Part shown: piece after piece, positions 23,622 to 35,020 of the stretch
Layout: each line of letters opens with the position of its first letter
Numbering within the stretch: position 1 is the stretch's first letter
Assembly (NCBI RefSeq): GCF_964355755.1
Contig: NC_092672.1
Location: 22,333,237-22,397,236 of the forward strand
Reading direction: 5' to 3'
Source of the DNA: Antedon mediterranea
Taxonomy: Eukaryota; Animalia; Echinodermata
DNA: 64,000 nt
Notes under the pieces: generated by a model
What the model was told of the DNA's origin: nothing
The model's input: only the letters and a program-made list of their open reading frames with translations
The model's database searches: none
Position numbers and translations under genes: made by a program

Positions 23622-24686
23622 TTATCTGACTAGATTCTGAACCCAACTGTTGAATTTAGCAGGGTACCCTAACCACTTAACGAAATATTCTGTCTTTCCA
23701 TCACGCTTTCGCCTTTTAATTACTTTTTCGACGCGATATACATCTTTATCAGATTTTGAAACTTTTTGTAATTTTTTTTCGTAGACATTTCCTTCGATTA
23801 TATCATTGTTCCAGTCCTTTACTTGATACGTTGGCATTGATGTTCCTTTACGTTTAAATACAGTGAATATCTCTTCTGTCCAGTTTGCTAAATAACCTTT
23901 TTCAAAAATCATTTTATATCTACTGATACGCACTTGATCACCGACTTTAAACTTAAAACGTTTTACCGGATGCTTTCTTTCACCATACAATTTCTGCCAC
24001 ACTTCGTGCTCGTTGTCGCTTGTAACGAGAATCGGTGCAGTTCCTATAGATCTATGTTTTGAATTATTGTAACTGGAAACTAATTTAGGAAGTGCGTCGA
24101 TATATTTTTTATTACCGTTTGCTGTAAATAATTTCCACATTCTCGTTTTTAAAGTTCTATTGAATCGCTCAACTATGCTTGCCTTCGTTTCGTTGTTTGT
24201 CGTAAAGAAATGTATATCTTTAGATTTCAGATACGATTGTACTTTTTTATTTATAAATTCTGTACCTTTATCTGTATGAATTTTAATCGGTTTTCTTTTA
24301 CCTGATAACAGTTTTTTCATAGCTTTTAATATGGTATCTGAAGACTTGTTCTTTATCGGTATAACCGACGCATATTTAGATAAGACATCTATGCATGTTA
24401 TAAGAAATGTATTTTGCTTATTGTAACGTTTTAATGAAGTCAAGTCAACCAAATCCATTTCCCATTGTTCATCGATAGCGTTTACTTGTACACGGTTCCT
24501 CTTGAATTTTCGTTGAATTGGTTTATGTAATGTATATGTATCTTGATTGCTCAGCCATTCCTGAACTTGTTTCTTGGTAATATTTAATTCGTCTTTTACA
24601 TTTTGATGAAGTCGGTCCACACCACCAAAACTACCGGGATGTTTAGGATCGTAATATACTTTTCTTAAGTACTCATCCATACTCAT
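23622..24686 (-). CDS. Retroviral-like (rve) integrase with C-terminal chromodomain
   Basis: YYDPKHPGSFGG, DDE triad in MDLVD / TDKGTEF / VERFNRTLK; chromodomain YRVEKVI...YFVKWLGYPAKFNSWV; intact frame. Confidence 0.96.
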   Translation of the reverse strand: MSMDEYLRKVYYDPKHPGSFGGVDRLHQNVKDELNITKKQVQEWLSNQDTYTLHKPIQRKFKRNRVQVNAIDEQWEMDLVDLTSLKRYNKQNTFLITCIDVLSKYASVIPIKNKSSDTILKAMKKLLSGKRKPIKIHTDKGTEFINKKVQSYLKSKDIHFFTTNNETKASIVERFNRTLKTRMWKLFTANGNKKYIDALPKLVSSYNNSKHRSIGTAPILVTSDNEHEVWQKLYGERKHPVKRFKFKVGDQVRISRYKMIFEKGYLANWTEEIFTVFKRKGTSMPTYQVKDWNNDIIEGNVYEKKLQKVSKSDKDVYRVEKVIKRRKRDGKTEYFVKWLGYPAKFNSWVQNLVR

Positions 24687-25178
24687 TACCCTCAATCATC
24701 CAAATGAAAATTGTAAAAATAATTCAAATACTTAAATAACACGCAAAGATCAAATTTCATTTTCGTTGTTGTTGTTAAAAACAAAATTTATTTCAATACA
24801 CATTCTATTGCAATACACTTTACAAAAAATAAATCAAAATTACACAATAACAATTAAATAGAAAAAAAAATACTTTTATATATACACTAACGTATTATTT
24901 AGTCAGAAAAAACAAAATACATTAATCTCAAAAACATTAAATTTATTTTTAAATAACTTTTAAATAGAAATGAAGAAATACAAATGATAAATTAAATTTT
25001 TTTTTTTAATTTCTTTTACAAATACACTAGCAAGTTATTTAGTACTGAAAAAACCACACCAAAAATAACACACAGGTTAAAATGTTTAAATGCCCATTCA
25101 AAGTGGGTACTCGCATTTAAAAAATTGTTCAATTCAAGACCATCAATCCGTTCCGTTTTCCAAAAGATTACATTGTAA

Positions 25179-25667
25179 TTACGGGAACTGTTTTAACCAA
25201 TCGTAATTGTCATTCTTGTAGCTTTTTTTGGTCATTTGTGTTTCTGGCATTCCATTGTCATTCATGTCTACACCGGTTCCACAATCGTCAAATCCATCCA
25301 ATTCTAAAAACATTTCATCGACCATGTCCTTTTGTTCCATTAGATCTCTCCACTGCATCATTGTTAAATTAATACCTTTCTTCCCAGGTTTAAATTTACC
25401 ATCTGGTTCTGATTGATAGTATTCTCGGATACATACGTACATATCATCACCCCAACGTTGAGCAACGACGTGCCTCGTTTCATTAAGTTTAATACGTTTA
25501 GTAGCTGTAACTGTAATTCGACTATCATTCTTAAAAAAGTGATTCTTTACCACAGGTCGACAATCTTGTTGAAAAGAAGCGCTTGTATTTGGTTCATCTT
25601 CTACTCTCTGTTTCTTATCAGCTAATTTAGAATCGGCGTAATCAGCTGTTGGTTTGTAGAAGTTCAT
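25179..25667 (-). CDS. PC4/Sub1 (p15)-like ssDNA-binding domain protein
   Basis: RHVVAQRWGDDMYVCIREYY...KPGKKGINLTMMQWRDL matches the PC4 signature (v.IRE.Y...PgkKGIsL...QW..L). Confidence 0.88.
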   Translation of the reverse strand: MNFYKPTADYADSKLADKKQRVEDEPNTSASFQQDCRPVVKNHFFKNDSRITVTATKRIKLNETRHVVAQRWGDDMYVCIREYYQSEPDGKFKPGKKGINLTMMQWRDLMEQKDMVDEMFLELDGFDDCGTGVDMNDNGMPETQMTKKSYKNDNYDWLKQFP

Positions 25668-25674
25668 ACTGATG

Positions 25675-26633
25675 AAAACTGTACTAAAATTCTCTTAATC
25701 AAGAATGTGGAAGTGAGTTTAGTGCGTTGTAAGCTGGTACTGATGAGTTCACTATAAATTTACCCATATATTTATACACACTAAAATAATGTATGCATGA
25801 TGTCAGTAGCGTCCCTCTTTACCCACTTTTTGTTTTATTTTAAAAGGAAACAAAGAAATCTTTTCGTAAACGTAACCAATTTAAATGAAAATAAAACTAA
25901 ACATTGGAAAACAAAAATCATGAAAAATAGTGAAACTAACATCATAACGTTACACATTAAACTTTAGTATGTCAAACACCCCGTGTCACTGCTTTCGATT
26001 TATCCCCTTTGTTAACAAATCCGGAAGATGGTTAATTACCTGTCGGTATAGTTCAATCAAGACATACTTATTATTTAACTTCATTCATTCTTATCTTTTT
26101 GTTTTAGTCATTGTTATAATATCCGGATCAAATAACTTATGTCTTTGGATTATGTCGGCATACATCAAGCAAAAACCTCAATTAACTAGTTTTAATTAAC
26201 CAGGTGCATCTATGACTAATTCAAATCTTACAAAAACTATATTGTCTCACTTCCTTACCCTATGTTAACCATTGTATTATAATCCGAAACATAACACCTA
26301 TTGACTTCAACCATTGTAAACCATTTTGTTCTCATCACAAGCAACTAAATTACCATATCATTTTTATTTAATATTTATTAATTTTATATTATAATGTATA
26401 TTAATATATAACAAATCTATATAACAATTCTAGTGAAATGATATACTCTATTGTCTTATACTATCCCCATTGTTAACCATTGTTATAACCACGACTGACT
26501 ATCCGTGTAACGATCATCTATATCACTGCCTGGAACAACAACAGTATCCTCACATTAGAAACACCTGGCGGATATTACGTAATCAGGAAATACCTCAAGG
26601 TCATTTTCTGTCTGAAGTAGGACTACTTCTACT
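25675..26633 (-). repeat. Maverick right TIR (959 bp)
   Basis: Inverted copy of 10064-10996 with 26 extra bp at ~26527-26552. Confidence 0.97.
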
Positions 26634-26639
26634 TGTAGA

Positions 26640-27173
26640 GAATGTGCTCCAGAAAACAACGTCCAAGCGGTGCCGCAACTGGAGATTTTTGCAGCCGACC
26701 TTGGCGACTTTTTGGAACCAATAGTTCATAGAAGAAGAGGTACTGAATCTTTACTCTGAACCACAACCAATACCAGTGATGCCTGCTGTTGATGATGACA
26801 TCGTTACTTATCGGCGATTAGCAGGAACAACAAAACGTGGGAATGTAAGTTCTTAAAATATTTATAATCTATTCTTTGTAATTTTTTTCTTTATTATCGC
26901 ATTTCTTGTGAAAACCAACTTAACCTTCTGTTGTTTCAGGACTCGCTTGTAGACAGTCATGTGTACCAATATACAGAGAAGATTGATAAAAGACGGGCAA
27001 ATACAACATGGAGATGTTTTCTCAGAAACAAGAATGTGACGTGCAAAGCAACAGTGTTGGAGAAGAATGGAGTTGAAACATTTTGGGACGAGTACCGCGA
27101 GGGCCAACGCAGTGTACGTTCTCAAATGCTTGCCGCGAGTAAACTTATTACTCGCGATGCTCGCGTTGAATAG
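26640..27173 (+). pseudogene. 3' part of the PHD-FLYWCH (MULE-like) gene with the catalytic core deleted
   Basis: ECAPENN... completes the PHD; frameshift near 26725; GTTKRGN, phase-0 intron 26845-26939, then DSLVDSHVYQY...TTWRCFLRNKNVTCKATV (FLYWCH-like), then directly a C-terminal-like FWDEYREGQRS...LAASKL. Confidence 0.75.
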
Positions 27174-27751
27174 TGCTAATGTATGTATGTTAGTTAAATT
27201 AGTTAAAAAATTAGTAAAAAATCTTATGTTAGTAATAAACATTAAATATAATTTTAAACTATTTGCAAACTATATTACTTATTAGTTAAGTAGTTTTGTA
27301 ATATAACATGTTATTACTAGTAATAAAGTCAATTTTAATGCATGCTAGTGGTCATATATGAAAAAAACAATTATAAATATAAATGTTATATTATATGTTT
27401 ATTTATAAAATATGGTAGTTAAGTTAATTCGTTCGTAAATTCTCAAACTTATAACATGTCTAAATAAAAATAGAGGAATTGATAATAAATGTGTTAAGAT
27501 TGTATATAATAGAATAATTTTCATTTTTCTCTATCTGTGATGAATCTAACTGTATCTGAAAAGAAATCGTAATATTATATACAATAATACAAATGTAGAG
27601 AAAAATCGGTAAAGCAATGCACCCCTATTTTTTTAATGGAATAAGCCACGGAGATCGCCAATCTAAACAATGCATTTAATATAAACAATGCAAGCAAACC
27701 TAACCCTCTAAATAATCTCTCTCAACTATTAAAAAAAAACATGTTCATGAA

Positions 27752-27806
27752 AGACCTCGAACCGAGGGCTTCAGCGTAATAGGTTAAAGCCTTTACCACT
27801 AGACCA
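27752..27806 (-). pseudogene. tRNA-like / SINE-head remnant
   Basis: Minus strand reads TGGTCTAGTGG (A box) ... GGTTCGAGGTC (B box). Confidence 0.45.
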
Positions 27807-30432
27807 AACATTTCGGTTGGCAAACGTTGTTTACACTAATTATTTAATCTCTCTGCATTCTTATACAGCGCCCTCTATAATGTTCTCTATTATGTCATAA
27901 TTAATCATGAATTATTCATGACTTCTGCCCACGTTCGTCCTGGAAAAAAAAATTACGCCGGCCGAACTCGTTGGCGGCCGAACACGACGGTATTCCTACA
28001 TGTGGTGGCACAAAAAAGTTTTCAGGAATCATGACTGTTAGTGTTGACATATTTTGAACTTTAGTTCCCGGTAATATTTTACATATTTTATGGTAAAGTT
28101 AAGCTATCAGTGACTTTTGTAAAGGATAACAATAGGCCATTCCAACAATACAGGTGCCTAAGCCTACTAATAATTATTAAGCTAATAAGACAAGAATGAT
28201 TTTAGCCTTAGGCTACTATAGTAAGCTGTGTAGTAAGTACTGTATGTAGGCTAAAGTTAAGCCCCCGATCCGGCCTCACTATGGCCTAGCTAGCTGAGAT
28301 TTAGGTACCTGTCTTTCTTACTGTAACAGCAGTCTATCACAGCTTTTCCGACTGGCGAGGTATGCAAGACTTGATAATTTTAAGATTGAATGCCTACAAC
28401 TTAAGCAATAAATCTGTTTAATAACTTGGTAGCAAAAATGATACATTAGTTACTATACAGTGTGTGCCGAAATTGTTTTGAAGTAATTAACCACTGATGG
28501 AAGGTATCCCATCCTTTAAGTCGCCTATGTTTTTTATGTTAAAAATTTTAAAACATGAAACCAGGTCATTCCGTGTCTTAAATGTACGTTTTATGGTAAT
28601 ATGATAAAAGAAAAAAAAACCAATGCACTACTAAATTTATTAGAATCGATTATTTTTCACATTTTTAACCATTTAAAGCCAAAACAAGTTATCGCAATAG
28701 GATAAGATGAATGTAATTTGTGACCTTCTTAAATTAAATCTAAAACACGTAGGGAATGGGACTTTAGACAGACTTCCCCCATGATTTTATTGTATACTCC
28801 TTGAGTGGTGGTAAAGATGCAACAGTATTCATAAAATGGTTTTGCAAAATGAGGACCAGTGAAAATACCACTACACCATGACGTCATTTATATTAACTAA
28901 AAAGATTACTAAAAGTATTACAGTTACCTCTGACTTAATTAAAGTCTTCAGTCCATGTTGATCAGATTTTTGTAGATTTTGTATTTTGGTATGACCCACT
29001 ATACGACAAGATTACATGGTTTTGTAAATATTTTTTTCTCTAATTTTTTTAATTCCACAATTTTTCCAGTCATCTTAATTTTGTAAAGCTTGGTTTAATA
29101 CCTTTAGCAGAGCATCATTCTTTACATTTGTTTCTTGAAGGTATTTGTATCATGAACACATTCTCTACGTTACCAAACTGTTCCAAGCCAAACACACACC
29201 ATTTAACAAACGACTGACACATAAAATCTATGAGCGTAGTCAGCCTAGACGAGTACTAAGTCTTACCATTTGCCTCTTTTTTCATTTAAGGTAAAGATTA
29301 ATAAGATAATAAATTAGTAACTTCTATCATAATTAATTATGAAAAACTACAGGGATATTGTAAATTAGAAATGTAAAAGTATGAATATATCCACTGTGAT
29401 GTAACACATACACATCTATCAGACACACACTGCAGAATAAGTGTAATTTTCAGAATAACCATTAATTATATAGTTCTAGATAGTCTTTCTCCTTTTTGGC
29501 TGAAGTAGGGAAGGCCATTGTCCCTGTATCCCCCTCTTTTGATCCTGCATTTGCCCTCATGGTTTTTCAAGATTAAAAAAACATGTTGAAATACTTGCTG
29601 TTCTATTTAACTCAGTTCAACCTTCTTTTAACAATAGTCAATCTTTCAATTCATGACATTTTCTCACCACAACTCAATCATTCATTATTTGCATACTAAT
29701 GCCAAGTGCCAAGCCATAATAACATTAATTTCCATAGACAGCTGCCAATACTGTAAACTATTTTATTTTGCAGGTTCATAACTGGGCAGCAGTGCCTCTT
29801 GTGGTTGTTACCTTGCCACAAAGGCAGAAATAGCAAAGCTTTGAAGAAGACTGCTCATAAAATTGCTGCAGCCAGGAAATATCAGACAACATAATACGGT
29901 ATGTTTTTGCTATAGGCCTACAGTATAGCAATGATTTTCTATTGAAACTTGTTTTAATGAGATGTGTATGATTGATGTTATGTCTATTAGTATTAAGTTT
30001 CCATATACTACACTTAACAGCTTTTTGTGTTTTGTAAATCATGTGTAGGAGTTTTGTAAATGAATTGTATAGAATTTTAAAGTGAAATTCAATAGAATAC
30101 TTGTGTATTGTGCTTCTATATTTAATAAGTGCACAGACCGTGGACACGTTTTTGTGATATCAAAGTTAGGTACTATTCATTGTGAATACTATAATAGAAA
30201 TATACTCTAAAGAGTTAGACAGTTGGTGCTATGAATTGATTGAATTCAGACAACTAGAAAGTCAGTCCAGTTATTATGAATTACCAGATTATTCCAGTTT
30301 AGCCAATAATATGTAAGTTTGCAATGTAGACGTTATGTAAGTAAAGTAAGAAATACAGTATATTGCTGGTTTTTTAGATCAATTTTATAAATTCGATAAA
30401 TATTATTTTATAATAGAAGGAAGCTGAAATAA

Positions 30433-32690
30433 GCTGGTTGAGAATTGAAATGTTTGGATAAAAGAGAAGAAAATTAAATGAGTTATTACAACAGGATATG
30501 TCATTTTTTTTGTCACCAGTATGTAGATTTAGGAGGACACTTTTATATAGTTTAACTCTATTTCCTTTAACATAACATGTTTGATAGCCTGATAAGTTTA
30601 GTAGACTTCTTTATTGATTTATTGACTGAATTGATTTATGTAGGTCTGTCAGTCTTTTAAACAGGTAACAGGTTAGATCTAGTATACCAATTGATTTCTG
30701 TAGGTCTGTCAGTCTTTTAAACATGTTACAAGCTAGATCTAGTATACCAATTTATTCCTGTAGGTCTGTCAGTCTGGTAAACATTTATCACATTAGATCT
30801 GATATATCAATTGATTTCTATAGGTCTTTCAGTCTTGTAAACATTTATCACATTAGATCTTATATACCAATTTATTCCTGTAGGTCTGTCAGTCTTTTAA
30901 ACAGGTCACAGGTTAGATCTAGTATACCAACAGCAGTAAAACCTACAGGAATCAATTGGTATATCAGATCTAATGTGATAAATGTCTAAAAGACTGACAG
31001 ACCTACAGAAATAAATTGGTATATCAGATCTAACCTGTTACCTGTTTAAAAGACTGACAGATCTACAGGAATCAATTGGTATATAAGATCTAACCTGTTA
31101 CATGTTTAAAAGATTGACAGTCCTACAGAAATCAATTGGTATATCAGATCTAACTGTTTAAAAGACTTACAGACCTACAGAAATCAATTGGTATACCAGA
31201 TCTAACCTGTTACATGTTTAAAAGACTGACAGACCTACAGAAATCAATTGGTATATCAGATCTAACATGTTACATGTTTAAAAGACTAATAGACCTACAG
31301 GAATCAATTGGTATATCAGATCTAACCTGTTAAATGTCTAAAAGACTGACAGACCTACAGAAATCAATTGGTATATCAGATCTAACCTGTTAAATGTCTA
31401 AAAGACTGACATACCTACAGAAATCAATTGGTATATCAGATCTAACATGTTACATGTTTAAAAGACTAATAGACCTACAGGAATCAATTGAGCTTGTTTC
31501 CCTCTAGTACTTTTTAGGGGTTCTATAGAAATTTAATAACATAACTCTAAAGGAAATTCCACAGAGTATTGTGAATTGTACATCAACAGAAAAAAGCGCA
31601 TAGACCGTGCAAAAGTTGTTGTGACATCATAGCTAAAGTCAATAAGCATATTATGTGAATGAACACTAAATATGAAAATAGACTGTAAATTGGTTGAATT
31701 TTGAGTTGATTGGTAAAGTCAGTATAGTTATCAAGATTTCAAGTTGAGTCTGTAATTTGTAAGTTTGCATTGTTTGTAGTTCATATTAAAGCAAGAAATA
31801 CTACCCTAACTATTATCAGATAAATTTATTTACAAATTTGTAATTTACAGTTTAGTATTGAAGGCTGCAATGAGTAGATTTGAAAATAAACACTGAAATA
31901 CTGTTTGGATCAGAGTGCAAACAATTTTTGTAAATGTAAGAATTACACAATTGTGGGAAGCGGGTTAAGAGTATGGAAGGGGCATGTTCTTTCACCCCTA
32001 ATTAGGGATGTCAGAAACTCTAAACTCTGGGCAATCTCTAGGCTTGATTGTTGTTTTACCTAGTCACCATGCATACAGATTATAAGCCAATTATAATCTG
32101 AAAAGAAATTCTAAAAATGGACAGAAAAGTATGAGTCATTGTACTGTATTAAACAATTTTTTGCACGGCAACCAATTCTATGTAAAAGATACCGAGATTT
32201 AATTAATTTTACAATGCTAAAGTAATTTTTTTTTTCTCTTTTGTGGGGCAGCCCACTTTTATTGCACATATTATGATAAACAATATGATATTTATATTAC
32301 ACATTCTGAGGTTAAAAGATTATAGAAAATATTGTGATATTGTGTTGAAATCTAAATATGATAAAACAAGTATACAGAGAAAATTTATATTACAGAGCTA
32401 AAACGATATAAAGATTAACTCAGTTAATATTCAGTATTAACAAGCACGAATGTGCAATACTCGGGGTACAGCAAAAGAAGCTGTAATGACGTCATAAGAC
32501 CGGATGTAACGTAACATACACATCAATAACCGCGCTACCAAATACGGCTATACGGTACCATCTTCGAGACGTGATATGGCTGCATCCGGTATGAAATTAA
32601 AAAATCCGGCTCTATAGCTTTGAGGACATGTCCCTGTAGTATATTCATGCTAAATCCGAGCTCAATACTACAAGGAAAGGGAGGAGTATT
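30433..32690 (+). repeat. Direct duplication, copy 1 (copy 2 is 59958 to beyond 64000)
   Basis: Near-identical from gctggttgagaattgaaatg to caaggaaagggaggagtattt. Copy 1 lacks blocks seen at ~60955-61185 and ~61383-61408; copy 2 has a 1.58-kb insertion. Confidence 0.96.
30600..31490. repeat. 60-bp satellite in two opposite orientations (foldback arrangement)
   Basis: tgtaggtctgtcagtcttttaaacagg...gatctagtataccaatt up to ~30930, then the reverse-complement unit acctacag(g/a)aatcaattggtatatcagatctaacctg... Confidence 0.93.
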
Positions 32691-32765
32691 TACCGATTAC
32701 ACAAAATAAATATTTAAAAAAATAATAAAAATAAGATATACTGTGTATAATTATCATATTGCGTA

Positions 32766-33175
32766 AAGGACGCCTTGAAACTTTCATCCGTCGGGCTGGT
32801 AAAATGATTGGTCTGGAACTGCCTTCCTTTACCGATGTGCACCTAGAACACCTCCAAAAAGATTTTGAACGCATTGAGTCGGATGCCTCTCATCCTCTCC
32901 ACAAAGTAATCATAGACCAACTTAATCCAAGTGGTAGATTGAGGCTCCTCAGTGTGAAAACAAATCGATTTGCTAAATCCTTTATTCCCTCCGGTATCAT
33001 CTAGTACAACAGGAAGTCAAGAAGATAATTTTATCTTGTAATTTTGTAGATGTTTTTATAAGAATGGTTTTATGCTATATTTGTTTTTATTGTGTGTTCT
33101 TTGTTATTATGATGAGCAATGAATTTCCTTTTTGAGGATCAATAAAAGTTATCTTATCTTATCTTATCTTATCTT
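32766..33175 (+). mobile_element. 5'-truncated LINE 3' end (CR1/Rex-like ORF2 C-terminus, 3'UTR, (TTATC)n tail)
   Basis: DASHPLH...SGRLR...KTNRFAKSFIP; AATAAA at ~33141; the equivalent empty site is visible at 33680-33700 (tattgcgta|tacagtac). Confidence 0.8.
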
Positions 33176-33210
33176 ATACACTACTTTTCACCATAAAGTT
33201 AAATAAAAAA

Positions 33211-33274
33211 GGTTTCGCCCGGGCTCGAACCAGGTACCTTCTGCGTGTTTTTAAGTAAACGTGATAACCACTAC
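33211..33274 (-). pseudogene. tRNA-Val(AAC)-derived pseudogene, partial
   Basis: Minus strand gtagtggttatcacg...acacgcagaagg...ggttcgagcccgggcgaaacc. Confidence 0.7.
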
Positions 33275-33434
33275 GCCAACAAGCCGCATATAACTACATA
33301 GCGCTGTGGTGTGTGTCACACATTGTGGCTTCCTAATTAAACAAATTAATTAAAAAAAAGCACGAATGTGCAATACTCGGGGTACAGAGAAAGAAGCTGT
33401 ATACAGACGTATACAGTTAAAGTTAAAGAAAAAT

Positions 33435-33506
33435 AGGTTTCACCAGGGCTCTAACCGGGACCTTCTGCGTGTTAAGCAGACTTGACAATCACTACACTAC
33501 GAAACC
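33435..33506 (-). pseudogene. Full-length tRNA-Val(AAC) pseudogene
   Basis: GGTTTCGTAGTGTAGTG...CTGCTTAACACGCAG...GGTGAAACC; acceptor and anticodon stems pair, B box mutated (GGTTAGA), downstream T run. Confidence 0.7.
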
Positions 33507-33722
33507 CACTTACACTAAAAATGTGGGTTACAGAAAGTTTTTTAATCCATTTAAATTACAAATAAATATGGTAATAAGCACAAAGAAAAATAAACATGTG
33601 TAAAAGTGATAATTACCGATTACACAAAATAAGTATTTAAAAAAATAATAAAAATAAGATATACTGTGTATAATTATCATATTGCGTATACAGTACTTTT
33701 CACCATAAAGTTAAAAAAAAAA

Positions 33723-33779
33723 GGTTTCGTCCGGGCTCGAACCAGGTACCTTCTGCGTGTTAAGCAAACGTGATAACCA
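33723..33779 (-). pseudogene. tRNA-Val(AAC)-derived copy truncated at the left edge of the candidate giant element
   Basis: Matches the 33211 copy up to ...cgtgataacca, then diverges at a/cacgattttg. Confidence 0.7.
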
Positions 33780-34356
33780 ACACGATTTTGTGCCATAACG
33801 GATTTCTACAATCCGCATTATTTATAGAATTTTCCTAAAAAAAAGCTATCATTAGAATTAAAAATATTATTTGAAAAAACAGATGTGGTTGTAAGATTTG
33901 TTTAATTATTGAGAAAGCATACAGTTTGATAATGTCAGCCATAATGTACATTATGGTAAATATTTTAGAGATAGAAAAAGATCAATAAAATAGATCGACA
34001 ATATGCAAATCCTTGTTTATTCTATAAATTTATAATTCGCTATCATTTTTATAATTATAGAAAAAAACATACTAGCTTTTTTAGGTTAAAATATACTGTC
34101 CGTTTTCCAAAACAACAATAGACATTACACAATGAGTTTTGTTCGGATTATGAGCTTCTTATTTAAACTAGGTTTAATGTGCAGAAACTGCTTTATTTAA
34201 TAAAAAAATAAATGGTATGGGCCAAAAAAATCTTTATAATGTCCATTTTTTTCGCGAAGTACACACAAAGCAAAGAAAACAAATTTTAATAACTGCAGAA
34301 TATTTTTAATTTTTAATCATTCATTGTTTTAATACAACTTTACTATAAAGTTCATC

Positions 34357-34905
34357 TACATGGTCATAAACATTATGACTACAGTATATGGTTGAGCTAT
34401 TGTTATAAAAACTACATGGTCATAAACTTGACTACAGTATATGGTTGAGCTACTGTTATAAAAACTACACGGTCATAAACATTATGACTACAGTATATGG
34501 TTGAGCTATTGTTATATAAACTACATGGTCATAAACTTTATGACTACAGTATATTGTTGAGCTATTGTTATATAAACTACATGGTCATAAACTTTATGAC
34601 TACAGTATATGGTTGAGCTATTGTTATACAAACTACATGGTCATAAACATTATGACTACAGTATATGGTTGAGCTATTGTTATATAAACTACATGGTCAT
34701 AAACTTTATGACTACAGTATATGGTTGAGCTATTGTTATATAAACTACATGGTCATAAACTTTATGACTACAGTATATTGTTGAGCTACTGTTATACAAA
34801 CTAGATGGTCATAAACTTTATGACTACAGTATATGGTTGAGCTATTGTTATATAAACTACATGGTCATAAACTTGACTACAGTATATGGTTGAGCTACTG
34901 TTATA
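34357..34905. repeat. 56-bp tandem array (about 10 copies), most units carrying the palindrome GTCATAAAC(T/A)TTATGAC
   Basis: Unit ctacatggtcataaactttatgactacagtatatggttgagctattgttatataaa (period 34521 to 34577). Confidence 0.95.
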
Positions 34906-35020
34906 TACAATTATGAAATTGGTTGAAAATTAAATAATTTTTTTTAGATTCATTATACATGTAAAATTCCATTAATGTGCACCCTATTGTGACAACCAGT
35001 GAGTTGTAAAACTCCCTGCA

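Larger units (their letters stand above)
10064..26633. mobile_element. Maverick/Polinton (adintovirus-like) endogenous element, full length, 16,570 bp, defective
   Basis: TSD TGTAGA at 10058-10063 and 26634-26639; AGTAGAAGTAGT...ACTACTTCTACT termini; long TIRs; pPolB, ATPase, protease, MCP, mCP and integrase genes. Confidence 0.98.

Noticed and set aside
28300-30150. Possible host exons on the minus strand
   Set aside because: Splice-like signals exist, but the frames I tried contain stops and no domain is recognisable.
30723-30989. 88-aa ORF duplicated at 60248-60514
   Set aside because: Translation of the 60-bp satellite within the duplication.
33781-33900. Long TIR matching 59840-59958
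   Set aside because: Only CACG(A/T)TTT matches; no extended inverted identity, so the ends are reported as inferred.
34357-34905. CRISPR-like array (palindromic repeats at regular spacing)
   Set aside because: The intervening sequences are near-identical rather than unique spacers, there are no cas genes, and the context is eukaryotic.
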